A DNA stretch of 64,000 nt, taken from Scyliorhinus canicula. Lineage: Eukaryota. How positions within the stretch are numbered: the first letter of the stretch is position 1; every line of letters starts with the position of its first letter. Positions 12,859 through 24,090 of the stretch are shown piece by piece. The stretch lies in contig NC_052165.1 of assembly GCF_902713615.1 (NCBI RefSeq), positions 38,690,897 to 38,754,896 on the forward strand, read 5' to 3'. The notes under the pieces were generated by a model. The model worked only from the letters and a program-made list of their open reading frames with translations. It had not been told where the DNA came from and made no database searches. The position numbers were made by a program, and so were the translations under genes.

Positions 12859-13829
12859 CTCCCTATCCCTTTGACCAGCTCCTCCAGCTCAATCGGCGTC
12901 CCCAGTCCCTCCACCTGTCCCTCGTCCACCCTCGGGAATCTCAGCCGGTCCAAGAAGCGCCCCATTCCCCCCCCCCCCACCCCTCCGCTGGGGGTTCAGA
13001 CTGATACAATTCCTCATAAAAGTCCCTGAAGACCCCATTGATATCTACCCCCTTTTGCACCACATTCCCTCCCCTATCCTTAACTCCACCAACTCGCAAA
13101 CCTCCAAGGATCCACCCCTCCCATCTGGTCCATGAACCCCCTCAACGCCTTAGCCGCTGCTGGCCTCCTACCCATCTTGGACCTGGATCGATCCAGTGGC
13201 GGATCCAGCACTGTATTGAAGTCCACCCCCCCCCCCCCCCCCCCCCCCCCCCATTATCAGGCCCTCCGTCTCCAGATCTGGAATGCGGCCCAACATGCGC
13301 CGCATAAAACCCGCATCGTCCCAGTTCAGGGTGTATACGTTCACCAGCACCACCCGCTCCCCCTGCAGCTTGCTGCCCACCATCACATACCTCCCGCCGC
13401 TGTCCGCCACCACATTTGACGCCTCAAACGACACCCTCTTTCCCACCAGGATCGCCACCCCCCGATTTTTTGCATCCAGCCCTGAATGAAACACTTGGCC
13501 TACCCATCCCTTCCTCAATCTAACCTGGTCCGCCACCTTCAGGTGCGTCTCCTGAAACATGGCCACGTCCGCCTTCAGCCCCTTCAGGTGCGTAAAGACG
13601 CGGGCCCGTTTGACCGGCCCATTCAGTCCCCTCACATTCCAGGTTATCAGCCGGATCAGGGGGCTCCCTGCCCCCCTGCCCCCCCTCCCCCGCCGACTAG
13701 CCATAACCCTTCCTCTGCCCACCACTTGCCCGCGCCCCCCGCTCGGCCCGTTCCCCACGGCGGCAAACCCCCGTCTCGATCCCCCTGCATACCCCAGCTC
13801 CTTCCTGGCTATTCCAGCAGCAACACGGT

Positions 13830-13875
<46 letters not shown>

Positions 13876-15399
13876 CAAACCCCAGCTAGGACCCTCTCCA
13901 GCCGCGTTACTCCCTCCATAGTACTCCCATAAGCCAGCTGACCCCGGCAACTCCCGCCACTCCTCCGACCCCTCCCAGCGTGGGGCTACCCTTCCTCCCC
14001 AGTGCCCACCAGCAGGCTCTGCTCCTCCCCCTCCCGTTCTCACCCAGAAAAAAAGCCCGCGCTTCCCATCTCCGACCTCGCCCCATCAACCCTCAACGTG
14101 GGAAAAAGCCCGCGCTTTCCACCTGCCCAACCCCGCCTCCTCTAAAGTAGCTCCCATTGTCGGCCCAATCCCCTCGCGGAGCCCCAGCCCCCCTTACCAC
14201 CATCAGCTCCCCACACTGCAAGTCTACCCCCCTCCTCGAGCCCATCCACCGAACCCACACAAAAAGACAGTGCCCCACCCTTCCTGAAAACGACACAGAA
14301 CCAGCAGTAAACAGAAACCCCCCTTCAGAAAATAACAGTTGCATACAGACCCCCGCACCCAACCCTCAGTTTAAATCCAACATCTCGGCCTTCACAAAGG
14401 CCCACGCCTCCTCCGTGAACTCGAAGTAAAAGTGTCGGTCCTTGTAGGTGACCCACAAACGCGCCGGCTGCAACATGCCGAACGTCACTCCTTTTCTGTG
14501 CAGCACCAGCTTCGTCCGGTTGTACCCGGCCCTCCGCTTAGCCACCTCTGCACTCCAGTCCTGGTAGATCCGTACCACCGCGTTCTCCCACCTGCTACTC
14601 CGCTCCTTCTTGGCCTACCTGAGCACACACTCCCGGTCAGCGAACCTTGGAACCGCACCAGCACCGCCCGTGGCGGGTCATTCGGCTTAGGCCTTCTTGC
14701 CAATATTCTGTGGGCCCCCTCCAGCTCCAGGGGCCCTGGAAGGACCCAGCTCCCATCAGCGAATTCATCAGGACGACCACGTAGGCTCCCATGTCTGACC
14801 CCTCCAGCCCTTCCGGAAGGCCCATGATCCGCAAATTTTTCCGCCTCGATCGGTTCTCCATCTCCTCGAACCGCTCCTGCCATTTTTTACGGAGCGCCTC
14901 ATGCATCTCCACCTTTACCGCGAGGGCTGAGGCCTCATCCTCTCTTTCAGAGGCCTGTTGTCAGATCTCCCGGATTGCCACCCCCTGTGCTGTCTGGGTC
15001 TCCAGCAGCTTGTCGATGGAAGCCTTCAACGGCTCTAGTAGCTGCGCTTTGAGCTCCCGGAAGCAGCGCTGGAGAGTCTCCTGCTGCTCCTGCGCCCACT
15101 GCTTCCATGCCTCTTGCTCTCTGCCGGCCGCCATCTTGTGCTTCTTCCCTCGCTTTTGCTTTGGTGCTGCGACCGCAATCTTGCTCGCCCCACTCCTGGT
15201 CCAGGCCATATACTGCTGGGGAAATGCTGCTGACTCCTTCCCACGTCGGGAACCGTCAAAAAAGTACCGCTGGGGGCCATAAAAAGAACCCAAAAGTCCG
15301 TTCCTGGCGGGAGCTGCCGAACGTGCGGCTTAGCTCCGCATAACCGCAACCAGAAGTCCCACACGCCATGTTCTTGACACCTCACCAGGCTCATGTTTT

Positions 15400-15730
15400 G
15401 GGGCAGCATGGTAGCACAGTGGTTAGCACAGTTGCTTCACAGCTCCAGGGTCCCAGGTTCGATTCCCGCTTGGGTCACTGTCTGTATGGAGTCTGCACGG
15501 TCTCCCTGTGTCTGCATGGGTTTCGTCCGGGTGCTCCGGTTTCCTGCCACAGTCCAAAGATGTGCAGGTTAGGTGGATTGGCCATGATAAATTGCCCTTA
15601 GTGTCCAAAAAGGTTAGGTGGGGTTACTAGGATAGAGATGCGTGGGCTTAAGTGTGGTGCTCTATCCAAGGGCCGGTGCAGACTCCATGGGCCAGATGGC
15701 CTCCCTCTGCACCGTAAATTCTATGATTCC
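15400..15730 (+). mobile_element. HE1-type SINE
   Basis: Full head, core and ctatgatt tail. Confidence 0.85.
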
Positions 15731-16473
15731 AAGTATTTCCAGCCTGACACCCAGGAGTCTCCTGATTATCACCTCAGTGCTCGTACTCCACCCCTTCCAA
15801 GATTCTAAGTTCTACTGCAGGTTAATCTCCCACCCCCACCATTGGTCCAATGCACCAGTTCCAGTCTTGGTCGATCCCCTTGTGCGCTGCACACTATTGT
15901 TTCCAATACCCATTCGGAACATTTCCCCCGATTTGACTGTTTTATTTGCAGCCCCAAACATTCAGAACTCTTAGTCAATAGACCCTTGTCCTCCAAAGTG
16001 CTGCCGTAACCTCACAGCTCTCCGAGAGATCCCATACTCCACATCATAGAATGTAAGAATACATAGAACAGCCATGGAGAGGAGGCAAGATGGAAGAAGA
16101 AAATAAATAACGAGAATATTTAATGTGGATAAAAAATAACTGGAACAAATATCCAAAGTGCCAAAGGATCTGATGAACCTCAAGAATGATTCAGAGCAAA
16201 TGCAATCAGTCTCTAAAGCCTGGGTGAACGCAATAAGAATGTGACACTATCAACTGTCTTTAATGAGCAGATAATACTGTCTTTCTGTACATACCAGAGG
16301 ACCACTTCTTTTCAAATGATTAGAGGAAGACTGCTTGAGGACATGATCGTGGAGGAAAACTATATGCAGCAGTATCATCCCACCTAAAGGCAAGTGAAGA
16401 TGAAAAGGCTTGTGCGCAAAAGCAGTTAAAATGGAAGTATATTAATAAATTAGTTTTAATAATAGATACTTAC

Positions 16474-16520
16474 TCATCAGGGCGAGGACCATATGCATCG
16501 CTGGAAAATATCCTCCAGCC
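16474..16520 (-). CDS. CAPS2: CAPS2 coding exon 2 (GWRIFSSDAYGPRPD)
   Basis: aaacag| acceptor, |gtaagt donor, 47 nt, phase 0-2. Joins both flanking exons in frame to give RPDDVPALDL. Confidence 0.8.
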
Positions 16521-17267
16521 CTGTTTACAAGATATAATTTATAAAACTATTATTACTAAACCATGAATTAAGCTGTGGTGATTGTATAAAGTAACTAGTA
16601 ACAAGGAAGTATCCCAGTATCCACCCTATCAAGTCCCCTCAAGATCCTAGATGTTTCAATAAGGTCACCTTCTCATTCTTCTAAATTCCAATGAGTATAG
16701 ACCATGCTCAACGTTTCCTCATAAAATAAGGCCTCCATTTTACCGAGCTGTTGGTGATAGCAGTTAGCAAAATAAACTATCAGCGAGCACGACAAATTAA
16801 CAGTCAGATTAATTAGCTAGCAGTGAGTGTAATAGCCTTATAAACAGCACAAGCAGATGAACTGAAAGTAAACTTAATAACCGGCAGTTTGTATCAGTGT
16901 TGGGAACAAAATTAAAGCGGCAGCAATGTAATGAATTAGCTGGAGGCACAATGATTAAAAAGATAAGCAATGTTAATAATTTATTTTTTAAAAATCCACA
17001 TTCCAGCTTTCTGCATTCTTGCCAATGTTAAGACAAATTGCATTTGGAGTTTTAAGACTCTTTTCAAAGATCATAGTTCAGACTGCTACTTCAAGGCTAG
17101 CGACAGAAAATTGCACTGTGAGTTATCAGTTAATCATTGTTATTCATTAATTAATTATTATGTTTATTTTGGGTTACAGAGGTTTAGAAACATAACTCGA
17201 AGTTGGTCCTTTGTGATTCTATCTTTTTATTCATAAAGCCCTGCCTCTCCTCCATACCCCTGAACCT

Positions 17268-17605
17268 GGGCAACACGGTAGCATAGTGGTTAGCACAATT
17301 GCTTCACAGCTCCAGGGTCCCTGGTTCGATTCCCGGCTTGGGTCACTGTCTGTGCGGAGTCTGCACATCCTCCCCGTGTGTGGGTGGGTTTCCTCCGGGT
17401 GCTTTGATTTCCTCCCACAGTCCAAAGGTGTGCAGGTTAGGTGGATTGGCCATGATAAATTGTTCTTCGTGCCCAAAATTGCCCTTTGTGTTGGGTGGGG
17501 TTATGGGGATAGGGTGGAGGTTTGCGCTTTGGTAGGGTGCTCTTTCCAAGAGCTGGTGCAGACTCGATGGGCCAAATGGCCTCCTTCTGCACTGTGAATT
17601 CTATG
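17268..17605 (+). mobile_element. HE1-type SINE
   Basis: Full head, core and tail. Confidence 0.85.
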
Positions 17606-19004
17606 AAAATACAAATTATCTATCTCCCTTTTTAACCTCGTTTTCTTTGAATCTTTGAATCCTTGGCCTCCTGGCACAGATTTCTAAAAAACTACATAGC
17701 TTTTCACAATCTCATTTTACAACCCATTTACACCATAGTCACTATTCTAACGTGGGGAAACATAACACCAATTTGTGAGCTCCCACAAATAGCAACAAAA
17801 TAATGACCGGGTAATCTGTTTTTATCATTAGTTTAGAGATAACCGATGGCATAATCCCGATTTCTCTTACTCCATCATGAATGGCCATGCTGCGACCCTA
17901 AATTCTGGAATTCCCTTCTGAAATCTAACACTCTCTCCTTTCAGATAATCCTTAAAATCTACTTTTTTGACCAGGTTTTGATCACCTGTCCTATTGTCAC
18001 CTTATGTGGTTTGGCGATGCCTGATAATCCTCCTGCGGAAATCCTGGGGTGCTTTGCTTAGGTAAATGCGCGATGTAAATGCAAGTTATATAGAAGGAGC
18101 TAATTTAACCAGGCTTTCTTGAGTTAAGATAAAGCACATTCTCTCTCTGCAGATGCTGCTCGACCTGCTGAGTGTTTTCCAGCAGCTACTGTTCTCATTT
18201 AACAACTGCAGTCACTGATGTTTAAAAGTGGGGTAAGAAGCAGTGTAAGCTTGATTTAAATAAATACCTAAAAAAAAAACTCTTGTGGGGCTGCAATTTG
18301 AATGTGAAAATATTTTATTTGGAAAGTCATAGGAACATAGGAATTAGGAGGTGTAGGCCATTCGGCCCTTTGAGCCTGTTCCTCCATTGGATAAGATCAT
18401 GGCTGATCGGACTGTGCTTTCAACTCCACTTTCCTGCCTGCCCCCCATAAGCCTCGACCCCCTTGTCTATCAAAAATCTGTCTAAGTCGGCCTTGAATAC
18501 ATTCAATGACCCGGCCTCCACTGCTCTTTGGGGAATGGAATTCCACACACTCATGACCATCAGAGAAAATATATTGCCCAATCTACGTCTTAAAAGAGAG
18601 GCCTCTTATTCTTAAAATGTTTTTTGCTAATTTTAGTCGTTCCCACAGGAGGAAATATCCTTCCAATATCCACCCTATTAAGTCCCCTCAGAATCTTATA
18701 TGTTTAAATAAGTTTACCTCCCATTTGTCTAAATCCCAATGGATATCGGCCCAATCTACTTATCTTACAATCTTTCTTTGTAAGATAAATCCTCCATCCC
18801 AGGAATGAGTTAAGTGAACATTCTCTGAACTGCAATTCGAGATGTAGTCTCACTAAAGCCCTGTACAGCTGCAACAAAACTTCCTTTTATATTTCATTCC
18901 CCTCACAATAAATGACAACATTCCAATTGCCTTCCTAATCCCTTGCTGCACCTGCATACTAAATATTTGCGATTCATGTACCAAGACACCCACACCCAGG
19001 TTTC

Positions 19005-20123
19005 TGTTATGATGTTGGCAGAAAAAAAACATGGAATATATACACTGAGATATAGGACTTTAAAAAGTCCCAAATTTTATATTTTAAAATGGACACAAAC
19101 CCCAAAGATGGCTGAGAATGTGCCACTGACAGGAATGACTGCAAGGTGTGTCGCTCAGGAACAATGGAATCCCTCGCTGTGTTTCCAGACAAGATGCATC
19201 TAAAAACATCCAAAGACTGATGAGCATCCCATGTAAAGTCAAAGGAATGTAATGGCTAACTCATCTAAAAGACTCTGGGTCTTTTGCCTCCCCAGACCGG
19301 CTTGTATATTCCAGGTTGGAATGTATAAAGGGGGTTAAAAGCTAGCTGAGGGAGCTGCCCAAGGATGTCTGTTTGTGTATGCTGTTGGGAAAAGCAAGGA
19401 ATATGTAAAATTCTCTCTCGACTGTGGAAGTCAACCAGCCTGCAAAAATGGATTGCAGCTGGTAAAACGAACTGAAATACCTCTGCCCAATGATGAAATA
19501 TCTGAACTGAAGAATCTACTACTTGCATGCAGGAGCCAACTATACTGGAATCAATCTGCAACGGCTGCAACACTTCATCACCCACTGCTTGCAAGTCAAA
19601 GACTGTTCTGTATAACTTTTTATTTATATTTACTTACTGTAAATTTTTACTTCTCATCCATATGAATGTAGATGCATGGGTTTTACATTTCGCCTTAACA
19701 TTTGGGTGTAAATAAACTTACTTTATCTTAACTCAAGAAAGCCTGGTTAAATTGGCTCCTTCTTAAACATAACTATTGGGTCTGGAAAAGGTATCCAATG
19801 GAAAGGGAACCTGGTTGGATTAAACCTTTGACAAAGAGTCATCGGACTCGAAACGTTAGCTCTTTTCTCTCCCTACAGATGCTGTCAGACTTGCTGAGAT
19901 TTTCCAGCATTTTCCCTTTCGTTTCATATTCCAGCATCCGTAGTAATTTGTTTTCATATAGATTAAACCTTTGTTGCTACCAGCAACAGGTGGGCTAAAT
20001 AAAGACAGAACCAATCACCTCTCCTCACAGGTGTTTGTAACAATTTGGGAAATCCCAGTTGGATGGTGACAAATTGAAGGGTCTCACCCAGATCAACAAT
20101 TTCACCTGGGGTCGGGCATAACA
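19005..20123 (+). mobile_element. Solo LTR containing a Penelope-type insertion
   Basis: TGTTATG...CATAACA termini, TATAAA near 19325, AATAAA near 19711, degenerate 4-bp TSD (tttc/tccc). Confidence 0.7.
19831..19960 (+). mobile_element. Penelope-type 3' fragment with degenerate hammerhead motif
   Basis: gagtc-atcg-gactc-GAAACGTT; 13-bp TSD GATTAAACCTTTG (19818-19830, 19961-19973); related pieces near 5365-5480, 18140-18190, 43410-43450. Confidence 0.65.
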
Positions 20124-20192
20124 TCCCTCTGTACTACCAAGTTCGGCCATCTCCATTTATTGATCTCTACTTAAAAATATACTGTAAGCAGT

Positions 20193-20345
20193 CTTACAAC
20201 ACCAGGTTAAAGTCCAATAGGTTTGTTTCCTCAGGAGCAGTGCTCCGAAAGCTGGTGTTTGAAACAAACCTGTTGGACTTTAACCGGGTGTTGTAAGATT
20301 TCTTACTGTGCTCACCCCAGTCCAACGCCGGCATCTCCACATCAT
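20193..20345 (+). mobile_element. Penelope-type pLTR fragment with inverted 5' segment
   Basis: About 37-bp inverted repeat (cttacaacacc...gtttgtttc and gaaacaaac...gttgtaag) around ggagc-agt-gctcc-GAAAGCT. Confidence 0.7.
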
Positions 20346-20424
20346 AAAAATATACTGCCTTTCCATTCTTCCTGCTAAAATGAACAAGCCAGAAAGAGGT
20401 ATCCTTGATCTGTTGAACTTTTAC

Positions 20425-20490
20425 CTGTGCAGATTTCTGCCGTTTTAAATTCTTTGATGCTGTGCCAAAGCCTTTAACTTCCAGATCCAT
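20425..20490 (-). CDS. CAPS2: CAPS2 (calcyphosine-2) first coding exon (MDLEVKGFGTASKNLKRQKSAQ)
   Basis: MDLEVKG matches the recalled CAPS2 N-terminus. Acceptor tttcag| at 20497 with 6 nt of UTR (in-frame TAA just before the ATG), donor |gtaaaa. CAPS2-GLIPR1 linkage is known from human 12q21. Confidence 0.88.
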
Positions 20491-20686
20491 TTAAAGCTGA
20501 AAAATTAAGTCAAATGTCAACAGGAATTTTTTTTAAAAAGAGAGAATATTTTTTAAAAGTTCAATCGTAGACCAGAAAACTATTGGCTAACTCGGGAAGT
20601 GAGTGAGCGTCACTACAAAGGTGATGTGACACCTTACTTATGCCTGGAAAGGCTCCTTGTACCAGACCGGGCCTGGTGTCACTCAC

Positions 20687-20830
20687 CTATTGCCGACCAA
20701 ACGCTCACCTGGCTGCTGTTCCCCGTCAATCAACCGCGTTGTCATGACCACCGCTCGCGCGCGTCAGTCTACACTTCCGGGACCAGCGGGCGCATGCGCA
20801 GCAGTGTCTGCAGCGAATCTAGGGCGTGGC
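20687..20830 (-). promoter_or_regulatory. CAPS2 CpG-rich promoter and non-coding first exon
   Basis: NRF1-type GCGCATGCGC (20790-20799), ETS CACTTCCGG (20772-20780), X-box-like GTTGTCATGACCAC (20738-20751), and two minus-strand donors (ag|gtgagc at 20709, ag|gtgagt at 20687). Confidence 0.65.
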
Positions 20831-21177
20831 AATAGCTGGACCACTGGAGTCAGGATTTCACAGAATCACATTTACAACAAATAAAAATCACATTCAATGG
20901 TGTTGGATTTGCTGTTTGCCTAATGCACAGTTGAGGCAGGCATTATATAGAGAACAAGCTCTGGTTAGACTGGAGTAACAGGCTTTAAATAAAGTGGTTC
21001 CTGGACTTGCAATGCTTCAAATCGAAAATTCTCATTCTTGTTATTAAATACCTCCATGGCCTTCCACCCCATCCCACCTACTGATCTCTGTATACTTCCT
21101 CCAGCCCTATAGCCCTCCAAGATGGTCTACCAATCAGGCCTCAGTATTTTACTTGACTATTGGCAGCGATACCCTCA

Positions 21178-21275
21178 GACCTGAGGAAGGAGTAGTGAGT
21201 AGTGCTCCGAAAGCTAGCGTTTCAAACAAACATGTTGGACTTTAACATGATGTTGTAAGACTTCTTACTGTGCTC
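21178..21275 (+). mobile_element. Penelope-type pLTR fragment with hammerhead-like core
   Basis: CTGAGGA..ggag..ctcc-GAAAGCTA followed by the same tail as 20193-20345. Confidence 0.65.
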
Positions 21276-21280
21276 TAGAT

Positions 21281-23346
21281 CAGTGCTTCTCAAAGTGTGG
21301 TACGCGTACCGGTGCCGGTACGCGAGCCATCGTCTGCCGGTACGAGGAGTGTTTCCAGAAAAGAAAGAGGCAGTAGTGATATTCAACGCCACGGGAGACT
21401 GCCGGGATATCTGACTCGGGTTTTTTTTTAATATTTTCATTTTAGTTTTATATTTATTATGGCTACATTTTTCATTTACTCACTCATGTTAAAAGTCATT
21501 GCTATACAACTAACGAATGCGATATAATGAACAGCAAAACAGTGAACTGAAAAACGCATGAAACGGTATGGCAACACCATCATGATGATGTGACGTGTAA
21601 CCTTGACAACCCTGATTTACACGTGTGGAGCAGCAGGTCAGTCAGTTAGTTACCATCAAGAAGTGGAACTGAGAGCATCATACGGATATCTGCGTGTTTG
21701 TCATTTGGGACCCCGTCCCAACCCATTGATCTGAAAATGTAAGTACTAATAATCTTAAAGGCCGGTTCACATTATCTATTCCTGTGTAAATTCGAACAAC
21801 AACAAAACGGAAACCACTGTGGTCGAGATAAAACATTTTTCTCCTTTCCGTCATCAATTGCCACGTTGAGCGGCGGCCAAACAGAGGTCCAGTTTGTCCC
21901 GGTTTTTATTGTTTTCAGACGGGGGACTGGGAGGCAGAAGTAAAATCGACCAGATGGCTTGGTCGATTCAATTCGTTCCAAGCTATTTAATGATCATTAC
22001 ATTAAACCCTGGTCAAATGAATAATTTATGGTGAAACTTTTAACTAAGTCTTTTTAAATGTTTTTATAAATTCACTGTTTTTAATATAACTATTGTATGA
22101 TGTATTTGTATTAGTATCAATTGTATTTCTCCACATAAAATTAATTAAAACAAATACATAAATAAATATTTCTCAGTAAAAGCATTCCCACTGCATTTAT
22201 TCGGCTTTCATCCTAATATCATAAATTAAGTATATACCCGGGTTATGGAATTTATATTCATTATTTTTATCCCAAATTTACAGATGGCAAAGCGAGGCCC
22301 AATGGACATGTTTATCAAACCAAGACATCCGGTTGCTGAACACACAAATAATTCTGAAGCAGATGACAACGATGTAATTGAAACCGAAGTGTTGCCAGCA
22401 AAAATAGTTCGTACTAGCTTTACTCGGAAATATGAATCCTCATACATTCAATTCGGTTTTGTAGCCACGAATGATGGGGGACTGCCAAAACCGCAGTGTG
22501 TTATTTGTGGAGATGTATACAAATACATCGTACAATAATTATATTAAAAACAGTGAATTTATAAAAACATTTAAAAAGACTTAGTTAAAAGTTTCACCAT
22601 AAATTATTCATTTGACCAGGGTTTAATGTAATGATCATTAAATAGCTTGGAACGAATTGTATCGACCAAGCCATCTGATCGATTTTACTTCTGCCTCCCA
22701 GTCCCCCGTCTGAAAACAATAAAAACCGGGACAAACTGGACCTCTGTTTGGCCGCCGCTCAACGTGGCAATTGATGACGGAAAGGAGAAAAATGTTTTAT
22801 CTCGACCACAGTGGTTTCCGTTTTGTTGTTGTTCGAATTTACACAGGAATAGATAATATGAACCGGCCTTTAAGATTATTAGTACTTACATTTTCAGATC
22901 AATGGGTTGGGACCGGGTCCCAAATGACAAACACGCAGATATCCGTATGATGCTCTCAGTTCCACTTCTTGATGGTAACTAACTGACTGACCTGCTGCTC
23001 CACACGTGTAAATCAGGGTTGTCAAGGTCACACGTCACATCATCATGATGGTGTTGCCATACCATTTCATGCGTTTTTCAGTTCACTGTTTTGCTGTTCA
23101 TTATATCGCATTCGTTAGTTGTATAGCAATGACTTTTAACATGAGTGAGTAAATGAAAAATGTTGCCATAATAAATATAAAACTAAAATGAAAATATTTT
23201 TAAAAACCCGAGTCAGATATCCCGGCAGTCTCCCGTGGCGTTGAATATCACTACTGTCTCTTTCTTTTCTGGAAACACTCCACGTACCGGCAGACGATGG
23301 CCCGCGTACCGGCACCGGTACACGTACCACACTTTGAGAAGCACTG
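21281..23346. mobile_element. Fold-back non-autonomous hAT (Buster/Charlie-type) element made of two inverted left ends
   Basis: Termini CAGTGCTTCTCAAAGTGTGG...CCACACTTTGAGAAGCACTG; 8-bp TSD CTCTAGAT (21273-21280, 23347-23354); arms 21281-22111 and 22517-23346; spacer encodes a Buster transposase N-terminus. Confidence 0.93.
22284..22538 (+). pseudogene. Truncated Buster/ZBED5-like transposase N-terminus (partial BED finger)
   Basis: RKYESSYIQFGF...PKPQCVICG is a Buster zf-BED signature. Preceded by the acceptor tttacag|ATG and cut off at the arm junction. Confidence 0.85.
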
Positions 23347-23817
23347 CTCTAGATCATAAGCTTTAGAATTCCCATGTAGGCTCTGCATCTCTCCTTTTAA
23401 GAAAGTCCTTAAAAAGGAACTTTGATGTTGACCACCCGTCTGAATATCTGCTTGTATTGGTACCAGATTTGTTTGATAAAAGTCCATCAAATCTGCCTTA
23501 CGATGTTAAAAGCAATAAATAAATGCAAGTTTTTGGCCTCAAATTTGGAAAAAAATTACACTAGAAATTTGTATGATCACAGTAAAATGTTCACGTTTTG
23601 TCAGTCCTTGCAATCGACAGGGAGCACATAGAGGGTGATCCATTTTGGACTGAGACGAGGAAAAATTTCTTCAAAGTGTCTCCTCCAGAGTTATGGTTGC
23701 TCAGTCATTAGTGTATTCAAGACATTGGTCAATAGATTTTTGCATACTAAGGGAATTAAAGAATATATGATAGTGCAGGAAGGCAGAGTTGAAGTAGATG
23801 ATTAGTCATGATTTTGC

Positions 23818-24090
23818 TGGGTGGCACAGTGGTTAGCACAGTGCCCAGGATCTGGGTCCGATTCCGACCTTCGGCGACTGTGTGTGGTGTTTGCACATTC
23901 TTTGTGTCTGCATGGGTTTTCTCCGGGTGTTCTGGTTTCCTTCCATAGTCCAAAGATGTGCAGGTTAGGTGGATTGAATATGCTAAATTGTCCCGTGGGG
24001 TTATTGGGCCTAGGTTAGGGTTCTCTTTCGGAGAGTCGGTGCAGACTTGATGAGTCGTAAGGCCTCCTTCTGGACTGTAGGGATTCTATG
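23818..24090 (+). mobile_element. HE1-type SINE
   Basis: Head, core and tail similar to other copies. Confidence 0.8.

Larger units (their letters stand above)
6935..15359 (-). mobile_element. Originally full-length L1 (5' UTR, ORF1 about 15209-14366, EN, RT to YADDL, 3' end 6935-7645), disrupted by nested insertions and deletions
   Basis: ENRSRRKNLRIMGLPEG (ORF1), ITWNVRGLN (EN), YADDLL (RT); 16-bp TSD CACACGCCATGTTCTT at 6683-6698 and 15360-15375. Confidence 0.9.
18328..20185 (-). mobile_element. CR1-type LINE 3' fragment hosting a solo LTR
   Basis: cataggaacataggaattaggag tail; the sequence resumes after the LTR as tccctctg. Confidence 0.65.

Noticed and set aside
15400-15480. tRNA-like A/B box sequences
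   Set aside because: These are SINE heads, not tRNA genes.
16735-17230. Unique intronic sequence rich in TAAT motifs, possible conserved non-coding element
   Set aside because: Cannot be supported without a cross-species alignment.
21772-22856. Twin 69-aa ORFs on opposite strands (MERI...)
   Set aside because: A consequence of the palindrome; TTG starts and no recognisable domain.
21281-23346. Palindrome as a long-read fold-back artefact
   Set aside because: The arms differ by about 2%, the spacer is unique, and a direct 8-bp TSD flanks the element.
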